DNA of 62,406 bases from an uncultured Hyphomicrobiales bacterium (GCA_903897875.1 CAIUDK010000315.1:1-62406), one strand, 5' to 3'; positions 17,761 to 30,067 are shown, counted from the first letter of the stretch. The notes: generated by a model from the sequence alone, not told the origin. A program made the numbers and translations.

Positions 17761-20241
17761 TTACGTTCCGCGCGGCTTGGCGCGCGCGGTGGCCTGTGTT
17801 TGGGCTGGATCATCTGGCCAGACGTGGCGCGGATAGCGGCCCTTCATATCGGATTTCACATCAGCCCAAGAGCCGCGCCAAAAGCCCGGCAAGTCACGCG
17901 TGATTTGAATGGGGCGATGCGCCGGCGACAATAATTCAAGCGTGAGCGGCACGCGCCCGCCTGCCAAGGCTGGATGCACCGACAGGCCATACAATTCTTG
18001 CACACGGACAGAAATCGTTGGCCCGCTCTCGGCCTCATAATCCACGCTGAACCGATTGCCGGTCGGCGCTTCAAAATGCGTTGGGGCTTCGCTCTCCAAC
18101 TTGCGCGCCAAATCCCATGGCAGGAGTGCGTGAAGCGCTTCGCTCAATGTGTCGGCCTTGAGATCGGACAATCCGCTCATGCCCTCTAAGAAGGGTGCGA
18201 GCCAATCTGTCATGCTTGCCTTGAGCGCCTCATCAGACAGATCAGGCCAAACATCGCCTTCAGCCTTGCGCAAAAAGATCACGCGCCCACGCCATTGCTC
18301 AAGCGCTTTGCTCCACGGCAAACGCGAGAGCGCGAGCCCTGCTAAGCCTTCAGCAAGTTTGTGCGCACTCTCAGGCGAGGTTGGCACAGGTAGATTTTGT
18401 TCGGCTAAAATAAGCGCGCCCAGTCTGCGGATTCGACGCGCGCGCAAAGACGCCGAGGTGCGATCAAAACTCACATCATCAAAAGGCTTGAGCGCATCGC
18501 CGGCCAAATGTTCCACATCGGTAAGACTGATGGCGCAGGCGGCCATAATGCGCGCAGCCCCGGCGCGGCCGGTAATTTCAGCAATCGCGAGCAGCGGCTC
18601 ACCTGCCAGACGATCATGAGGCTCAACGCTCGCTGCGCGCCCATTCGCCATTAAAAATTCACCACGCTTGCCACGCGCTTTGGCGATGCGATCAGGAAAA
18701 GCGCGCGCCAGCAAAGCACCGACATCGGATAAATCATGTGACGGCGTATCGGTGTCTTTCGATGAGCCAAGCGCAGTGCGCGCCCATCCGCGTGCCAATT
18801 GGCGTGCGTCTTGTGCGCGTGGGCTACGGTCGCGTCGCCAACGTTCAATGCGCTCGGCCACATCAACGCCATCGCCACCTAAGCCACGCTCGACACTCAC
18901 AGCAGCAATTTCTGCCGCCAGTTGCGCATGTCCCTCAAGAGCTCCTACAACGACCATGCGCGCCAAACGCGGTGGCAGTGCTAGGGCGCGAATGGCTTGC
19001 CCATGCGCGGTAATGTGGCCTTGAGAATCCAGCGCCTCAAGCTGTTGCAACAACGCGCGCGCCTCAGTCACAGCAGGGGCGGGTGGTGCATCAAGCCAGC
19101 GCAGTGATGCTGGCTCATTCACGCCCCAAGCTGCCAAATCGAGCAATAGGCCAGACATATCCGCAGATAAAATTTCTGGCGTGGCATAAGCATCCAGCGC
19201 GCCATTGGCGGCCTCTTCCCACAGGCGATAGCAAATGCCCGGCTCTGTGCGCCCTGCGCGTCCACGTCGCTGATCGGCTGCTGCGCGCGACACGCGCACA
19301 GTTTCCAATCGCGTCAAACCAAGATCAGGCTCATAGCGCGCCACGCGTGCTAGGCCGCAATCAATGACCACGCGCACGCCTTCAATCGTGAGCGATGTTT
19401 CTGCAATCGACGTTGCCAAAACAATCTTGCGTTTGCCCGTTTTGGTAGGAGACACAGCGCGATCTTGCGCACCACGATCCATCGCACCATACAGCGGCGC
19501 AATCTCGATATCTGGATCTTTGATGTGCTCTTCCAAAAATGTCGCGGTGCGTCTGATCTCACCTTGGCCGGGCAAAAACACCAGAATGGAACCAGTGTCA
19601 TTATGAATGGCCGATAGAATGCAGTTTGTGACTTCGCTCTCCAAGCGCGCTTGTGGATCGCGCGAGCGATAGAATGTGTCGACAGGATAAGCGCGGCCCA
19701 GACTTTCAATGATGCGCGCGTTATTCATGAGGCTCGCCACACGACTGCCATCTAGCGTCGCTGACATGACAAGAATGCGCAGATCGTCGCGTAAGCCAGA
19801 TTGTGCATCGAGCGCCAATGCCAAACCGAAATCGGCATCTAACGAGCGTTCGTGAAACTCATCGAAGATGACGGCGGCAATGCCATTGAGTTCGGGATCA
19901 TCAAGGATCATGCGTGCAAACACGCCCTCGGTCACAATCTCAATGCGAGTGCGCGCTGACACGCGCGATTGCAAACGGATGCGCAGACCAACGAGGCCGC
20001 CAACCTCTTCACCCAAAGTGCTGGCCATGCGCTCGGCTGCAGCACGCGCCGCCAAACGGCGCGGCTCGAGAACAATGATGCGTTTGCCTGCGGCCCAGTC
20101 CTGATCGATCAAAGCGAGCGGCACGCGTGTGGTTTTGCCAGCCCCTGGAGGGGCCACAAGCACAGCACAGCTTTGCTGAGCCAAAGTGGCAATCAGCTCT
20201 GGCAGCGCTTCGTCAATGGGCAAGGGGTCTGAGAACTTCAT
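17761..20241 (-). CDS. hrpB: ATP-dependent helicase HrpB
   Basis: APPGAGKTT, DEFHERS, MSATL, QRRGRAGR and C-terminal MKGRYPRHVWPDDP. Confidence 0.95.
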   Translation of the reverse strand: MKFSDPLPIDEALPELIATLAQQSCAVLVAPPGAGKTTRVPLALIDQDWAAGKRIIVLEPRRLAARAAAERMASTLGEEVGGLVGLRIRLQSRVSARTRIEIVTEGVFARMILDDPELNGIAAVIFDEFHERSLDADFGLALALDAQSGLRDDLRILVMSATLDGSRVASLMNNARIIESLGRAYPVDTFYRSRDPQARLESEVTNCILSAIHNDTGSILVFLPGQGEIRRTATFLEEHIKDPDIEIAPLYGAMDRGAQDRAVSPTKTGKRKIVLATSIAETSLTIEGVRVVIDCGLARVARYEPDLGLTRLETVRVSRAAADQRRGRAGRTEPGICYRLWEEAANGALDAYATPEILSADMSGLLLDLAAWGVNEPASLRWLDAPPAPAVTEARALLQQLEALDSQGHITAHGQAIRALALPPRLARMVVVGALEGHAQLAAEIAAVSVERGLGGDGVDVAERIERWRRDRSPRAQDARQLARGWARTALGSSKDTDTPSHDLSDVGALLARAFPDRIAKARGKRGEFLMANGRAASVEPHDRLAGEPLLAIAEITGRAGAARIMAACAISLTDVEHLAGDALKPFDDVSFDRTSASLRARRIRRLGALILAEQNLPVPTSPESAHKLAEGLAGLALSRLPWSKALEQWRGRVIFLRKAEGDVWPDLSDEALKASMTDWLAPFLEGMSGLSDLKADTLSEALHALLPWDLARKLESEAPTHFEAPTGNRFSVDYEAESGPTISVRVQELYGLSVHPALAGGRVPLTLELLSPAHRPIQITRDLPGFWRGSWADVKSDMKGRYPRHVWPDDPAQTQATARAKPRGT

Positions 20242-20277
20242 CCGCACCTGATCGCAAAAAGCAGGTGAGGACGCAAG

Positions 20278-21582
20278 TTAAGCGCGTCCGATGCTGGTGT
20301 AACGGAAGCCGCGTTTGCGCATATCGTCTGGGCGATAAATGTTGCGCAGATCCACAATGATCGGTTCAGCCAAGGTTTCCTTGATGCGATCAAAATCGAG
20401 TGCGCGGAAGGCGTCCCATTCGGTCACAATCACCAAAGCGCTGGCGCCCTGCATGCAGCTATAGGCGTCGGCGCAAAAATCCACCTTCGGCATCATTGAA
20501 CGCGCTTGATCCATGCTTTCCGGATCATAGGCTTTCACAATGGCACCGGCCTTGAACAGCACATTCACAATATCGAGCGAGGGCGCATCACGCATATCGT
20601 CGGTGTTAGGTTTGAACGCCAATCCAAGGACGGCAATGGTTTTGCCAGCGACGTCGCCGCCACAGGCGGCAATGATCTTATGCGCCATGTTGAGTTTGCG
20701 GGTTTTGTTGACCTCGGCCACTGTTTCCACAATGCGCACGGGCGCACCAAAATCCTGCGCGGTTTTGATGAGGGCCAGAGTGTCTTTGGGAAAGCACGAG
20801 CCGCCATAGCCGGGGCCAGCGTGCAAGAATTTCGAGCCAATGCGATTATCCAAACCAATGCCGCGCGCAACATCTTGCACATCAGCGCCGGTCTTCTCGC
20901 ACAATTCCGCCATTTCATTGATGAAGGTAATCTTGGTCGCCAAAAACGCATTGGCAGCATATTTGGTCAGCTCAGACGTGCGGCGCGAGGTGAACAACAA
21001 GGGTGCTGCATTCAAGTAAAGCGGGCGATAGACTTCGCTCATCACTTCGCGTGCGCGCACATCATCAGTGCCAACCAAAATGCGGTCAGGACGTTTGAAG
21101 TCAGAGATTGCTGCACCTTCGCGCAAAAATTCAGGGTTCGACACAACGGCGAAATCACCATCGGGGCGTTCTTCACGCATGATGCGTTCGACCTCGTCAC
21201 CTGTGCCCACTGGCACGGTTGATTTGGTCACAACAACGGTGAAGCCCTGCATATTGGCGGCAATCTCGCGCGCGGCTGCATAGACATAGGAGAGATCTGC
21301 ATGGCCATCGCCGCGACGCGATGGCGTGCCAACAGCGATGAACACAGCGTCGGCTTTTGAGACAGCGCTCGCAAAATCAGTTGAGAAACTCAAGCGGCCT
21401 TGCTGCACATTGCTCGCCACAAGCGCATCGAGGCCGGGTTCAAAGATTGGAATGTCGCCCTGTTTCAGAGCGGCAATTTTCGCCTCGTCTTTGTCGACGC
21501 ACACGACCTTATGGCCAAAGTCGGCAAAGCAGGTTCCAGACACAAGGCCCACATAGCCCGAGCCGATCATGGCGATATTCAT
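20278..21582 (-). CDS. ugd: UDP-glucose 6-dehydrogenase
   Basis: GSGYVG, SNPEFLREG, GYGGSCFPKD and AFKPNTDDMR. Confidence 0.95.
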   Translation of the reverse strand: MNIAMIGSGYVGLVSGTCFADFGHKVVCVDKDEAKIAALKQGDIPIFEPGLDALVASNVQQGRLSFSTDFASAVSKADAVFIAVGTPSRRGDGHADLSYVYAAAREIAANMQGFTVVVTKSTVPVGTGDEVERIMREERPDGDFAVVSNPEFLREGAAISDFKRPDRILVGTDDVRAREVMSEVYRPLYLNAAPLLFTSRRTSELTKYAANAFLATKITFINEMAELCEKTGADVQDVARGIGLDNRIGSKFLHAGPGYGGSCFPKDTLALIKTAQDFGAPVRIVETVAEVNKTRKLNMAHKIIAACGGDVAGKTIAVLGLAFKPNTDDMRDAPSLDIVNVLFKAGAIVKAYDPESMDQARSMMPKVDFCADAYSCMQGASALVIVTEWDAFRALDFDRIKETLAEPIIVDLRNIYRPDDMRKRGFRYTSIGRA

Positions 21583-21684
21583 AAACTCATCCTATCTAAA
21601 CGCTCAACACTCTCACGCGGGAGAGTGTTGAGTTTATTCATCACAAAATTGACAACACCATGACGCGGGGCTTCAAGCCCGCGC

Positions 21685-23970
21685 CTAGCCGCCGATGTTA
21701 AAGGCGGCGAGTGCGGCCATATTGACGATGTCGGAATCCTTTGCGCCCAAAGGCACAATCTGAACCGGCTTGTCGAGACCAACAATCAACGGGCCAATCA
21801 CAGTCGCACCACCCAATTCCTGCAGCATTTTGGTGCTGATGGAGGCGGAGTGGAAGGCTGGCATGATGAGCACATTGGCTGTGTCGCTCAGGCGGCAGAA
21901 AGGATAGGCGGCCATCTTCTGCTTGTTGAGTGCAACATCGGCTGCCATCTCACCATCATATTCAAAATCGACACGCATGGAGTCGAGAATGCGCACAGCC
22001 TCTTGCACGCGCTGGGCGCGCTCACCTGTTGGATGACCAAAGGTGGCGAATGCCAGCATGGCGATGCGTGGCTCGTAACCAAGACGACGCGCAACACCCG
22101 CTGCTTCAATGGCAATCTGCGCCAATTCTTCAGCCGTTGGCATTTCCGTGATGGCGGTATCGGCCACAACGACAGGACGTCCGCGTGACAACACGAGTGA
22201 CACGCCAATCATTTTATGGCCGGGGCGTGGATCAATGACGCGACGCACTTCTTCCAATGCAATCGAGAAGTTACGCGTGACACCTGTCACCATCGCATCA
22301 GCATCGCCCAAAGACACCATGGCAGAGGCAAAGGAATTGCGATCATTGTTGATGAGGCGCTGACAATCGCGCAGCAAATAGCCGCTACGCTGCAGACGCT
22401 CGTAGAGGAATTGCGCATATATGAGATTGCGATGCGACATGCGCGCATTGTGAATCTCAATGTTCTTGTCGCTAAGATCAACACCGGCTGCTGCTGCTGT
22501 TTCTTGAATGCGATCTTCGCGGCCCACCAGAATGGCAGTGCCGAGACCTTGGTTCACGAAGGAGACGGCGGCGCGCATGACCTGCTCTTCTTCGCCCTCA
22601 GCAAATACAACGCGCTTTGGATAACGCTTCACGCGTTCAAAGATGCGCTGCAGAGCGCCAGCCACTGGATCGCGGCGTGCTGACAATTGGGCCTGATATT
22701 CTTTCATGTCCACGATAGGCTTGCGGGCAACGCCCGTGTCCATCGCAGCTTGCGCCACAGCCACTGGAATGACGCTGATAAGGCGCGGATCGAACGGCAC
22801 GGGAATGATATAATCGCGGCCAAAGCGTGGGCGCGCACCTTGATAGGCATCGGCCACTTCGTCGGGCACGTCTTCTTGTGCCAGCTCTGCCAGAGCTTTG
22901 ACGGCTGCGACTTTCATTTCCATATTGATCGTGGTGGCACGCACATCGAGTGCACCGCGGAAGATGTAGGGAAAGCCCAAAACATTGTTGACCTGATTGG
23001 GATAATCAGAGCGGCCTGTGGCGATAATCACATCATCGCGCACGCTATGTGCTTCTTCTGGTGTGATCTCTGGATCAGGATTGGCCATCGCAAAGATGAT
23101 GGGGTTTGGTGCCATTGTGGCAACCATTTCGGATGTCAGTGCGCCCTTGGCCGACAAACCAAAGAAAATATCTGCGCCATCCATGGCCTCAGCCAAAGTG
23201 CGTCGATCGGTGACGCAGGCATGTGCGGACTTCCACTGGTTCATGCCCTCGGTGCGGCCCTTGTAGACAACGCCCTTGGTGTCGCACAGCATCACGTTTT
23301 CTGGTGCAAAGCCGATGGCCTTGATGAGATCAAGGCAAGCAATGCCAGCAGCACCCGCACCATTGCACACAAGACGCGTCTTCTTAATGTCGCGGCCTGT
23401 CAGCTGAATGGCGTTGAGCATGCCAGCGGCTGCGATAATGGCAGTGCCGTGCTGATCGTCATGAAACACTGGAATGTCCATGAGTTCGCGCAAGCGATCC
23501 TCAACGATGAAACATTCAGGCGCCTTGATGTCTTCAAGGTTGATGCCACCAAAGGACGGGCCCAAATAGCGCACGGCATTGATGAATTCGTCTGGATCTT
23601 CGGTGTCGACTTCAAGATCGATGGAATCGATGTCAGCAAAGCGTTTGAACAAAACGGCCTTGCCTTCCATCACAGGCTTAGAGGCCAGTGCGCCCAAATT
23701 GCCCAAGCCCAGAATGGCCGTGCCGTTGGTGATGACGGCAACCAAATTGCCCTTGGCCGTATAATCGAAGGCTGCGGATGGGTCTTTGGCAATCGCCAAA
23801 ACCGGCACAGCAACGCCTGGCGAATAGGCCAAGGAGAGATCACGCTGCGTGGCCATCGGCTTGGTGGCAACAATCTCAATCTTTCCAGGGCGACCCATGG
23901 AGTGAAATTGCAGCGCTTCTTGATCAGTGATGGTCTGGCGCTTGGGAGCTTTTGGTTTGCTATCGGTCAT
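21685..23970 (-). CDS. maeB: NADP-dependent malic enzyme with PTA-like domain
   Basis: [30 protein letters not shown] and a C-terminal PTA domain (RVVFAEGEE). Confidence 0.95.
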   Translation of the reverse strand: MTDSKPKAPKRQTITDQEALQFHSMGRPGKIEIVATKPMATQRDLSLAYSPGVAVPVLAIAKDPSAAFDYTAKGNLVAVITNGTAILGLGNLGALASKPVMEGKAVLFKRFADIDSIDLEVDTEDPDEFINAVRYLGPSFGGINLEDIKAPECFIVEDRLRELMDIPVFHDDQHGTAIIAAAGMLNAIQLTGRDIKKTRLVCNGAGAAGIACLDLIKAIGFAPENVMLCDTKGVVYKGRTEGMNQWKSAHACVTDRRTLAEAMDGADIFFGLSAKGALTSEMVATMAPNPIIFAMANPDPEITPEEAHSVRDDVIIATGRSDYPNQVNNVLGFPYIFRGALDVRATTINMEMKVAAVKALAELAQEDVPDEVADAYQGARPRFGRDYIIPVPFDPRLISVIPVAVAQAAMDTGVARKPIVDMKEYQAQLSARRDPVAGALQRIFERVKRYPKRVVFAEGEEEQVMRAAVSFVNQGLGTAILVGREDRIQETAAAAGVDLSDKNIEIHNARMSHRNLIYAQFLYERLQRSGYLLRDCQRLINNDRNSFASAMVSLGDADAMVTGVTRNFSIALEEVRRVIDPRPGHKMIGVSLVLSRGRPVVVADTAITEMPTAEELAQIAIEAAGVARRLGYEPRIAMLAFATFGHPTGERAQRVQEAVRILDSMRVDFEYDGEMAADVALNKQKMAAYPFCRLSDTANVLIMPAFHSASISTKMLQELGGATVIGPLIVGLDKPVQIVPLGAKDSDIVNMAALAAFNIGG

Positions 23971-24193
23971 GATGGGCCCAACTCGGCATGCGAAAATCGA
24001 GCTGGACCTTACCCGCCAAGCAGGGCTTTTCACAAGTCAGTCCTTTCGAATTGGTTTGGTTTTTATCAGGCACCCCAACGCTCAAGCTGAGATCGGCCCA
24101 AAGCAGCGGTGGCCAAGCACCAGTGGCAAGGCAGTAGTGGATGGCGGGTGCTGGCGTGGTGCGCTTGGCCCAAAGCTTTGCTAATGTCGGCCC

Positions 24194-26908
24194 ATGTCAG
24201 TGACCCAGCCCAGCGCCCCCTCGCCAGCAATTGCCCCGGATTCCGCAAAATCCATCGTTCATCCGCCAGCCACGCCGATGATGGCGCAGTTTATTGAGAT
24301 CAAAGCGGCCAATCCTGACAGTCTCCTGTTCTACCGGATGGGGGATTTCTACGAATTGTTCTTGAATGATGCCGAAATCGCCAGCCGGGCTCTGGGCATC
24401 GTGCTCACCAAGCGTGGCAAGTATAATGGCGTCGATATTCCGATGTGCGGCGTCCCCATCGACCGGGCCGATGATTATCTCCACCGTCTCATCAGCCTTG
24501 GCCATCGCGTCGCCGTCTGCGAGCAAATGGAAGATCCGGCCGAAGCCCGCAAACGCGGGGCTAAATCCGTGGTGCGCCGGGATGTTGTGCGCCTTGTGAC
24601 GCCGGGCACCATTACTGAAGATCGCCTCCTAGATCCCGCCCAACCCAATTATCTGGCCGCCATCTCGCGGGTGCGCAGCTCCGACGACACTTGGACCTAT
24701 GCCATTGCTGCGGCTGATATTTCCACCGGAAGTCTGCATGTGGTGGAGGCGGATCTGACCGGCCTTGCCTCTGAGTTGGCCCGTTTTGATCCTCGTGAGA
24801 TCGTCGCTGCTGAGGCTTTGTGTGATGAGCCCGATATGCGGGCTTTGTTCCAAGATGCGCGCGTGCCCCTGACCCCCTTTGCGGCGCGTAATGATGGCGT
24901 TCAGGCCGAGCGCCGGCTGTGTGATTATTTTGGCCTCAGCACTTTGGATGGTCTTGGCATCACCTCGCGGGCTGAAATCGCCGCTTTGGCAGCTCTTATT
25001 CTTTATGTTGAGCGCACGCAGATCAGCACGCGCCCGCAATTGTCTATGCCAGCGCGCTGGAGCCGCAGCGCGGTGTTGGAAATTGATGCCGCCACCCGCG
25101 CCAATTTGGAGCTGACACGCACAATGTCAGGCCAACGCGATGGGTCGTTGCTGTCCTCAATTGATCTGACCATGACGCCTGTGGGTGGGCGTCTTTTGGC
25201 TGAGCGTTTGGCTGGACCATTGACCGATCCGGTTGAGATTGCATCGCGTCAGGACGCGATTGCTTATCTCGTTGAGCATGTCGATCTGCGCGCGGCCTTG
25301 CGGGCCGATTTGCGCTCCGTGCCTGATATCGCGCGCGCTTTGTCGCGCATCGCGATGGCGCGTGGTGGCCCGCGTGATTTGGCAGCTTTGCGTGATGGTC
25401 TCACCACGGCTCGCATCTTGTCTGGGCGGCTCGATGGTCTCACCGAATGTCCAAACGCTTTGGTGCAAGCGGCCAATGGTTTGGCCGGGCTTGATCCGGC
25501 GTTGGAAGCCATGCTGGCTGATGCGCTCAATGATGAGCTTCCGCTCAATCGCCGCGATGGTCATTTTATTCGCAGCGGTTTTGAGCCTGCGCTTGATGAA
25601 TTGCGCGCTCTGCGTGATGACAGCCGCCGCGTGGTGGCCTCATTGCAGGCCAATTACAGCGAGCTGGCGCAAACCAAGCAATTGCGCATCAAGCACAATA
25701 ATTTTCTAGGCTACTTTATCGAAGTCTCGCAGGCGCAAGGCGAGATTATGCTGCGCCCGCCTATGAACATGCATTTCATTCATCGCCAAACCATGGCCGA
25801 TGCGATGCGCTTTTCGACGAGCGAATTGGCGGAGTTGGAAGCCAAAATTTCTTCGGCTGCGGATCGGGCGTTAGCGCTGGAGTTTGAGATTTTTGATCGC
25901 CTGCTGGAGCAGATAGGCAAACAAAATGAGGCGATCAGAACGGCCTCACACGCGCTCGCCAATTTGGACGTCACAGCAGCTTTGGCTGAGCTGGCCGTGC
26001 AGCGCGATTGGGTGCGCCCGCAAATTGATTTGTCATTGAGTTTTCAAATCGAGGCAGGTCGCCATCCCGTGGTGGAAGCCGCTTTGCGCACACGCGGGAC
26101 GAGCTTCATCGCCAATGGCGCTGATCTGTCAGGCGAGGCTGATGGTGGTCGGATTGCTTTGGTCACTGGCCCCAATATGGCAGGTAAATCAACCTATTTG
26201 CGCCAAAACGCGTTGATTGTTGTGCTCGCTCAAATGGGCGCATTTGTGCCAGCCAGCCGTGCGCATATCGGAATTGTGGATCGTTTGTTCTCGCGCGTTG
26301 GCGCCGCCGATGATCTGGCGCGCGGACGCTCCACCTTTATGGTGGAAATGGTGGAGACGGCCGCCATTCTCAATCAGGCGACTGAACGTTCTCTTGTGAT
26401 TTTGGATGAGATTGGGCGCGGCACAGCCACGTTCGATGGTCTGTCGATTGCGTGGGCGAGCGTCGAACATCTTCATAATAAAAACCGGGCACGCGCATTA
26501 TTTGCGACGCATTTTCACGAGCTTACCCATCTGGCTGGCAAGCTGCCGCGTCTCATCAATTTGACGATGCGGGTCAGTGATTGGAAAGGCAGTGTGGTGT
26601 TCTTGCATGAGGTGATGCCGGGCGCCGCTGATCGCTCCTACGGTATTCAGGTTGCAAAATTAGCTGGGCTTCCCAACGCCGTTGTCGAGCGTGCGGAAGA
26701 GCTGCTGATTGTGTTGGAAGCCAATGATCGCAAATCGCTTGTCAAAGATATGGTCAATGATCTGCCATTGTTTTCCGCCGCCATCAGTCCGCCAGCGCCA
26801 AAGCCACGCGATAAACTGCGCGATGAACTGGCATTGATTGATCCTGACACAATGAGCCCGCGCGATGCGCTTGATGCCCTCTATCGTTTGAAATCAGCAC
26901 TTCGTTAA
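24194..26908 (+). CDS. mutS: DNA mismatch repair protein MutS
   Basis: [27 protein letters not shown] and [11 protein letters not shown]. Confidence 0.97.
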   Translation: MSVTQPSAPSPAIAPDSAKSIVHPPATPMMAQFIEIKAANPDSLLFYRMGDFYELFLNDAEIASRALGIVLTKRGKYNGVDIPMCGVPIDRADDYLHRLISLGHRVAVCEQMEDPAEARKRGAKSVVRRDVVRLVTPGTITEDRLLDPAQPNYLAAISRVRSSDDTWTYAIAAADISTGSLHVVEADLTGLASELARFDPREIVAAEALCDEPDMRALFQDARVPLTPFAARNDGVQAERRLCDYFGLSTLDGLGITSRAEIAALAALILYVERTQISTRPQLSMPARWSRSAVLEIDAATRANLELTRTMSGQRDGSLLSSIDLTMTPVGGRLLAERLAGPLTDPVEIASRQDAIAYLVEHVDLRAALRADLRSVPDIARALSRIAMARGGPRDLAALRDGLTTARILSGRLDGLTECPNALVQAANGLAGLDPALEAMLADALNDELPLNRRDGHFIRSGFEPALDELRALRDDSRRVVASLQANYSELAQTKQLRIKHNNFLGYFIEVSQAQGEIMLRPPMNMHFIHRQTMADAMRFSTSELAELEAKISSAADRALALEFEIFDRLLEQIGKQNEAIRTASHALANLDVTAALAELAVQRDWVRPQIDLSLSFQIEAGRHPVVEAALRTRGTSFIANGADLSGEADGGRIALVTGPNMAGKSTYLRQNALIVVLAQMGAFVPASRAHIGIVDRLFSRVGAADDLARGRSTFMVEMVETAAILNQATERSLVILDEIGRGTATFDGLSIAWASVEHLHNKNRARALFATHFHELTHLAGKLPRLINLTMRVSDWKGSVVFLHEVMPGAADRSYGIQVAKLAGLPNAVVERAEELLIVLEANDRKSLVKDMVNDLPLFSAAISPPAPKPRDKLRDELALIDPDTMSPRDALDALYRLKSALR

Positions 26909-26992
26909 GCCTGTCCCTTAACGCGGCTGAAGCACTTGGTCCCGCATAGTCAACGCGATTTCTAATGGCCGTTTGTTGCGTGGGTCAGGCTT

Positions 26993-27529
26993 ATGTCGGG
27001 TAATCTTGGACTGAATGTGATTGTTATTTCGGGCGTTGCGGTTGCAGGCGGCCTTTTTCTGAACCAGAAAACATTGAAGCAGGATCCCGGGGTTGCTCCG
27101 CGCGTCACAGCCGCTTCGGCTGTGCAATCAGCGCCAGCTCTTCCTCAAGCTTCAGGCATCGGACGCGTTGAAATCAAATCAGATCCGATGGGGCATTTTT
27201 CCACCTCGCTAGAGATCAATGGACGGCGTATTTCTGCCCTCGTCGATACGGGCGCCACCTTTTTGTCGCTCACCACAGCCGATGCCAAGATTTTGGGCGT
27301 GATGCCGCGCCCCTCTGAATTCACCACCCCCGTGCAGACCGCGACGGGCGTGACCAAAGGCGCTCAAATTAAATTGAGTGAAGTGCGTCTGGACACGTTG
27401 CGCGTGTTTAATGTGGATGCGCTGGTGCTGCCCGGAGATGTGGCTGGCACAAGCCTGCTCGGCATGAGCTTTCTCAAGAAACTCGGTGGCGTTGAAGTGG
27501 CTGCCGGACGGCTGACCTTGCGCCCATAA
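26993..27529 (+). CDS. Clan AA retropepsin-like aspartic protease (TIGR02281/PerP-like)
   Basis: N-terminal TM segment, GHF, ALVDTGAT and SLLGMSFL. Confidence 0.88.
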   Translation: MSGNLGLNVIVISGVAVAGGLFLNQKTLKQDPGVAPRVTAASAVQSAPALPQASGIGRVEIKSDPMGHFSTSLEINGRRISALVDTGATFLSLTTADAKILGVMPRPSEFTTPVQTATGVTKGAQIKLSEVRLDTLRVFNVDALVLPGDVAGTSLLGMSFLKKLGGVEVAAGRLTLRP

Positions 27530-27724
27530 CCCCAACAGCCTGCGACTTTCGGTTAGAAAACTGAGCGCTCGGGCCATGGGCTGGTGTTTCACCTCAATTT
27601 GCCCCATTTTCGGTGGCTTCCTGCCCTTATGGAGCGATGACAACCTGCAAGGCTCATCCTACAAGAGACACGTCTGATTCTGTATCCGCCCATTCCAATG
27701 CGGCGACATCCCAATGAGGATTGC

Positions 27725-29224
27725 ATGTATCCAAAGCCCGAACAGCATCTCACGCCCAATACCTACGCCTATGAGGCGGGCCCCATGGTCAAGGCGACCG
27801 GGTTTCGCGAATATGATGCGCGATGGCTTTTTGGCAAAGAGATCAACCTCATGGGCATACAAGCCCTTGGTCTTGGCCTTGGCACTTTGCTGCATGAAAT
27901 GGGCGTTAAGCCTGAGCTGGTCACTGGCCATGATTACCGCAGCTATTCCTCATCCATCAAATTCGCTTTGTGCACGGGCCTGATGGCTGCTGGCGTGAAG
28001 GTGCATGATATTGGTCTGGCGCTCTCGCCGATGGCCTATTTTGCCCAGTTTGATCTTGATGTGGCGGCGGTGGCGATGGTGACCGCCTCGCACAATGACA
28101 ATGGTTGGACCGGCGTGAAGATGGGCGCCCAGCGTCCCGTGACTTTTGGTCCCGATGAAATGGGTCGTTTGCGCGACATCGTATTGAGCGGCAAATTCCG
28201 CCATGCCGATGGTGGCGGCTATCGCTTTGTTGAGGATTTTCCAAAGCGCTATATCGCCGATCTCACCAATCGCCCCAAGATCAAGCGCAAGCTCAAGGTC
28301 GTGGCGGCCTGCGGCAATGGCACAGCAGGTGCCTTTGCGCCCCAAGTGCTGGAAGCTTTGGGCGTTGAAGTTGTGCCGCTCGATGTTGAGCTCGATTACA
28401 ATTTCCCACGCTACAATCCAAATCCTGAAGACATGAAGATGCTGCACGCCATCGCCGATAAGGTGCGCGAGTCTGGCGCTGATGTGGGTCTGGGCTTTGA
28501 TGGCGATGGTGATCGCTGTGGCGTTGTCGACAATCACGGCGAAGAAATCTTTGCTGATAAGATTGGCGTGATGCTAGCGCGCGACCTGTCCAAGCTCCAT
28601 CCGGGAGCAACATTCGTTGTGGACGTCAAATCCACCGGCCTCTTTGCAACTGATCCTGTGCTCATCGAGCGCGGTGTGAAGGCTGATTATTGGAAGACCG
28701 GCCATTCCTATATCAAGCGCCGCGTCACAGATTTGAAAGCTTTGGCTGGCTTTGAGAAGTCTGGCCATTTCTTTTTCAACGCACCCGTTGGGCGTGGCTA
28801 TGACGATGGTATTTTGACTGCCATCCATGTGATCGACATGCTCGATCGCAATCCAGATAAATCCATGGCTGATCTTTATGCCGCACTGCCCAAGACATGG
28901 GGATCGCCAACTATGGCCCCTCATTGCGATGATGAAGTGAAATACGGCATCGTCGATAAAACCGTTGCGCATTTTGAAGAAATGGTGCGCAAGAACGAAA
29001 TGTTCACTGGCCAGCCAATCCGTGATCTTGTCACGGTCAACGGCGTGCGCGTGACAACGGCGGATGGCACATGGGGCCTTGTGCGCGCCTCATCCAACAA
29101 GCCTGAATTGGTTGTTGTGGTGGAAAGCCCAGTGTCAGAAGCGCGGATGCGCGAGATGTTCAAAGCCATCGACGACGTGATCCGCGTTCATCCAGAAGTC
29201 GGCGCTTATAATCAAACGATCTAA
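27725..29224 (+). CDS. Phosphomannomutase/phosphoglucomutase
   Basis: FREYDAR, TASHN phosphoserine loop, FDGDGDR and GFEKSGH. GAGGA precedes ATG 27725. Confidence 0.93.
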   Translation: MYPKPEQHLTPNTYAYEAGPMVKATGFREYDARWLFGKEINLMGIQALGLGLGTLLHEMGVKPELVTGHDYRSYSSSIKFALCTGLMAAGVKVHDIGLALSPMAYFAQFDLDVAAVAMVTASHNDNGWTGVKMGAQRPVTFGPDEMGRLRDIVLSGKFRHADGGGYRFVEDFPKRYIADLTNRPKIKRKLKVVAACGNGTAGAFAPQVLEALGVEVVPLDVELDYNFPRYNPNPEDMKMLHAIADKVRESGADVGLGFDGDGDRCGVVDNHGEEIFADKIGVMLARDLSKLHPGATFVVDVKSTGLFATDPVLIERGVKADYWKTGHSYIKRRVTDLKALAGFEKSGHFFFNAPVGRGYDDGILTAIHVIDMLDRNPDKSMADLYAALPKTWGSPTMAPHCDDEVKYGIVDKTVAHFEEMVRKNEMFTGQPIRDLVTVNGVRVTTADGTWGLVRASSNKPELVVVVESPVSEARMREMFKAIDDVIRVHPEVGAYNQTI

Positions 29225-29247
29225 GCTTCGCGCCTCTGTCCAAATTG

Positions 29248-29278
29248 AAAAGCCACCTGATTCGTCAGGTGGCTTTTT
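29248..29278. terminator. Bidirectional Rho-independent terminator
   Basis: AAAAGCCACCTGA-TTCG-TCAGGTGGCTTTTT between convergent genes. Confidence 0.85.
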
Positions 29279-29280
29279 GT

Positions 29281-29802
29281 TTAGCGGGCACCCTGTGTCG
29301 ATGAGGTCGTATTGGCCTGAATTTGTCCTGTGACTTCGCCCACAAAGCGCGGGGAATCGCCAAGGCTGACGGTGGGTTGGCAGCGCGGTGAGCAGCTATA
29401 AGATTCGCGCTCCGCACCCCGTTGGACCGTTAGATTTTGAGCCGTTGACGAGCTCACGCGAATTTTTGTCTCCACAATTAAATTGCCAGCATTGTCGAGA
29501 GCCAGCAGATTTGTTTCACCAAAACCTTTACCAGTGACGAGCATTTTATTGCCCTTTTTGAGAATTGTGACGTCAGCAATAATGGGATTGCCCACAATGA
29601 GCGTGGACGTCCCCTCAGGCATTTCGAAAATCTGCGCTTGATAGAGCACAACATCCAGATTGCTGCCCGCCCGGACATTTTGAGTACCAAGCAAAAGCCC
29701 CGCAGCAATGATGAGCGGAGGGATGAGGAGGTCCCTTAAGTTTTTTGAGGCCAGATATTTTGAGGCAAAGCCCTCTGAAGAAAGGTATTTTGTGAAAAAC
29801 AT
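29281..29802 (-). CDS. Pilus assembly protein with secretin-type N-terminal domain (tad-associated)
   Basis: TLIVGNPIIADV, GKGFGETNL and SYSCSPRCQP. Divergent from the flp pilin gene. Confidence 0.82.
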   Translation of the reverse strand: MFFTKYLSSEGFASKYLASKNLRDLLIPPLIIAAGLLLGTQNVRAGSNLDVVLYQAQIFEMPEGTSTLIVGNPIIADVTILKKGNKMLVTGKGFGETNLLALDNAGNLIVETKIRVSSSTAQNLTVQRGAERESYSCSPRCQPTVSLGDSPRFVGEVTGQIQANTTSSTQGAR

Positions 29803-29849
29803 GGTGGGTCCCTGAAGGGAAAATGTTTCTCAATATGTAACCAACATGA

Positions 29850-29865
29850 TGAAAAAGCTCTTAAC
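29850..29865. promoter_or_regulatory. CtrA-box-like site
   Basis: TGAA-N7-TTAAC, one mismatch to TTAA-N7-TTAAC. Confidence 0.45.
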
Positions 29866-29971
29866 CAAATCGCGCCTCTGAACCAAAAGGACTGAAAATG
29901 GTCGGTTGCGTGCCCAATAACCTGACCCTAGGTGAAAAGCTTACCCTTATGTAATGAATTTAGAAAAGTTA

Positions 29972-29987
29972 GTAACCTTTATTCAAC
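29972..29987 (+). promoter_or_regulatory. CtrA-box-like site at the pilin promoter
   Basis: GTAA-N7-TCAAC (two mismatches), about 80 bp upstream of the pilin ATG. Confidence 0.4.
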
Positions 29988-30067
29988 GAATTGATCGTAA
30001 CTTCACCTCAATCCGCCACCGGGTCGTGGTCGAACGGGTCGGATCAGGTGCAGATTAGGAGAGTTCT

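Noticed and set aside
20506-21222. 238-aa + strand ORF
   Set aside because: Antisense shadow of ugd.
22687-24090. 467-aa + strand ORF
   Set aside because: Antisense shadow of maeB with no recognisable motifs.
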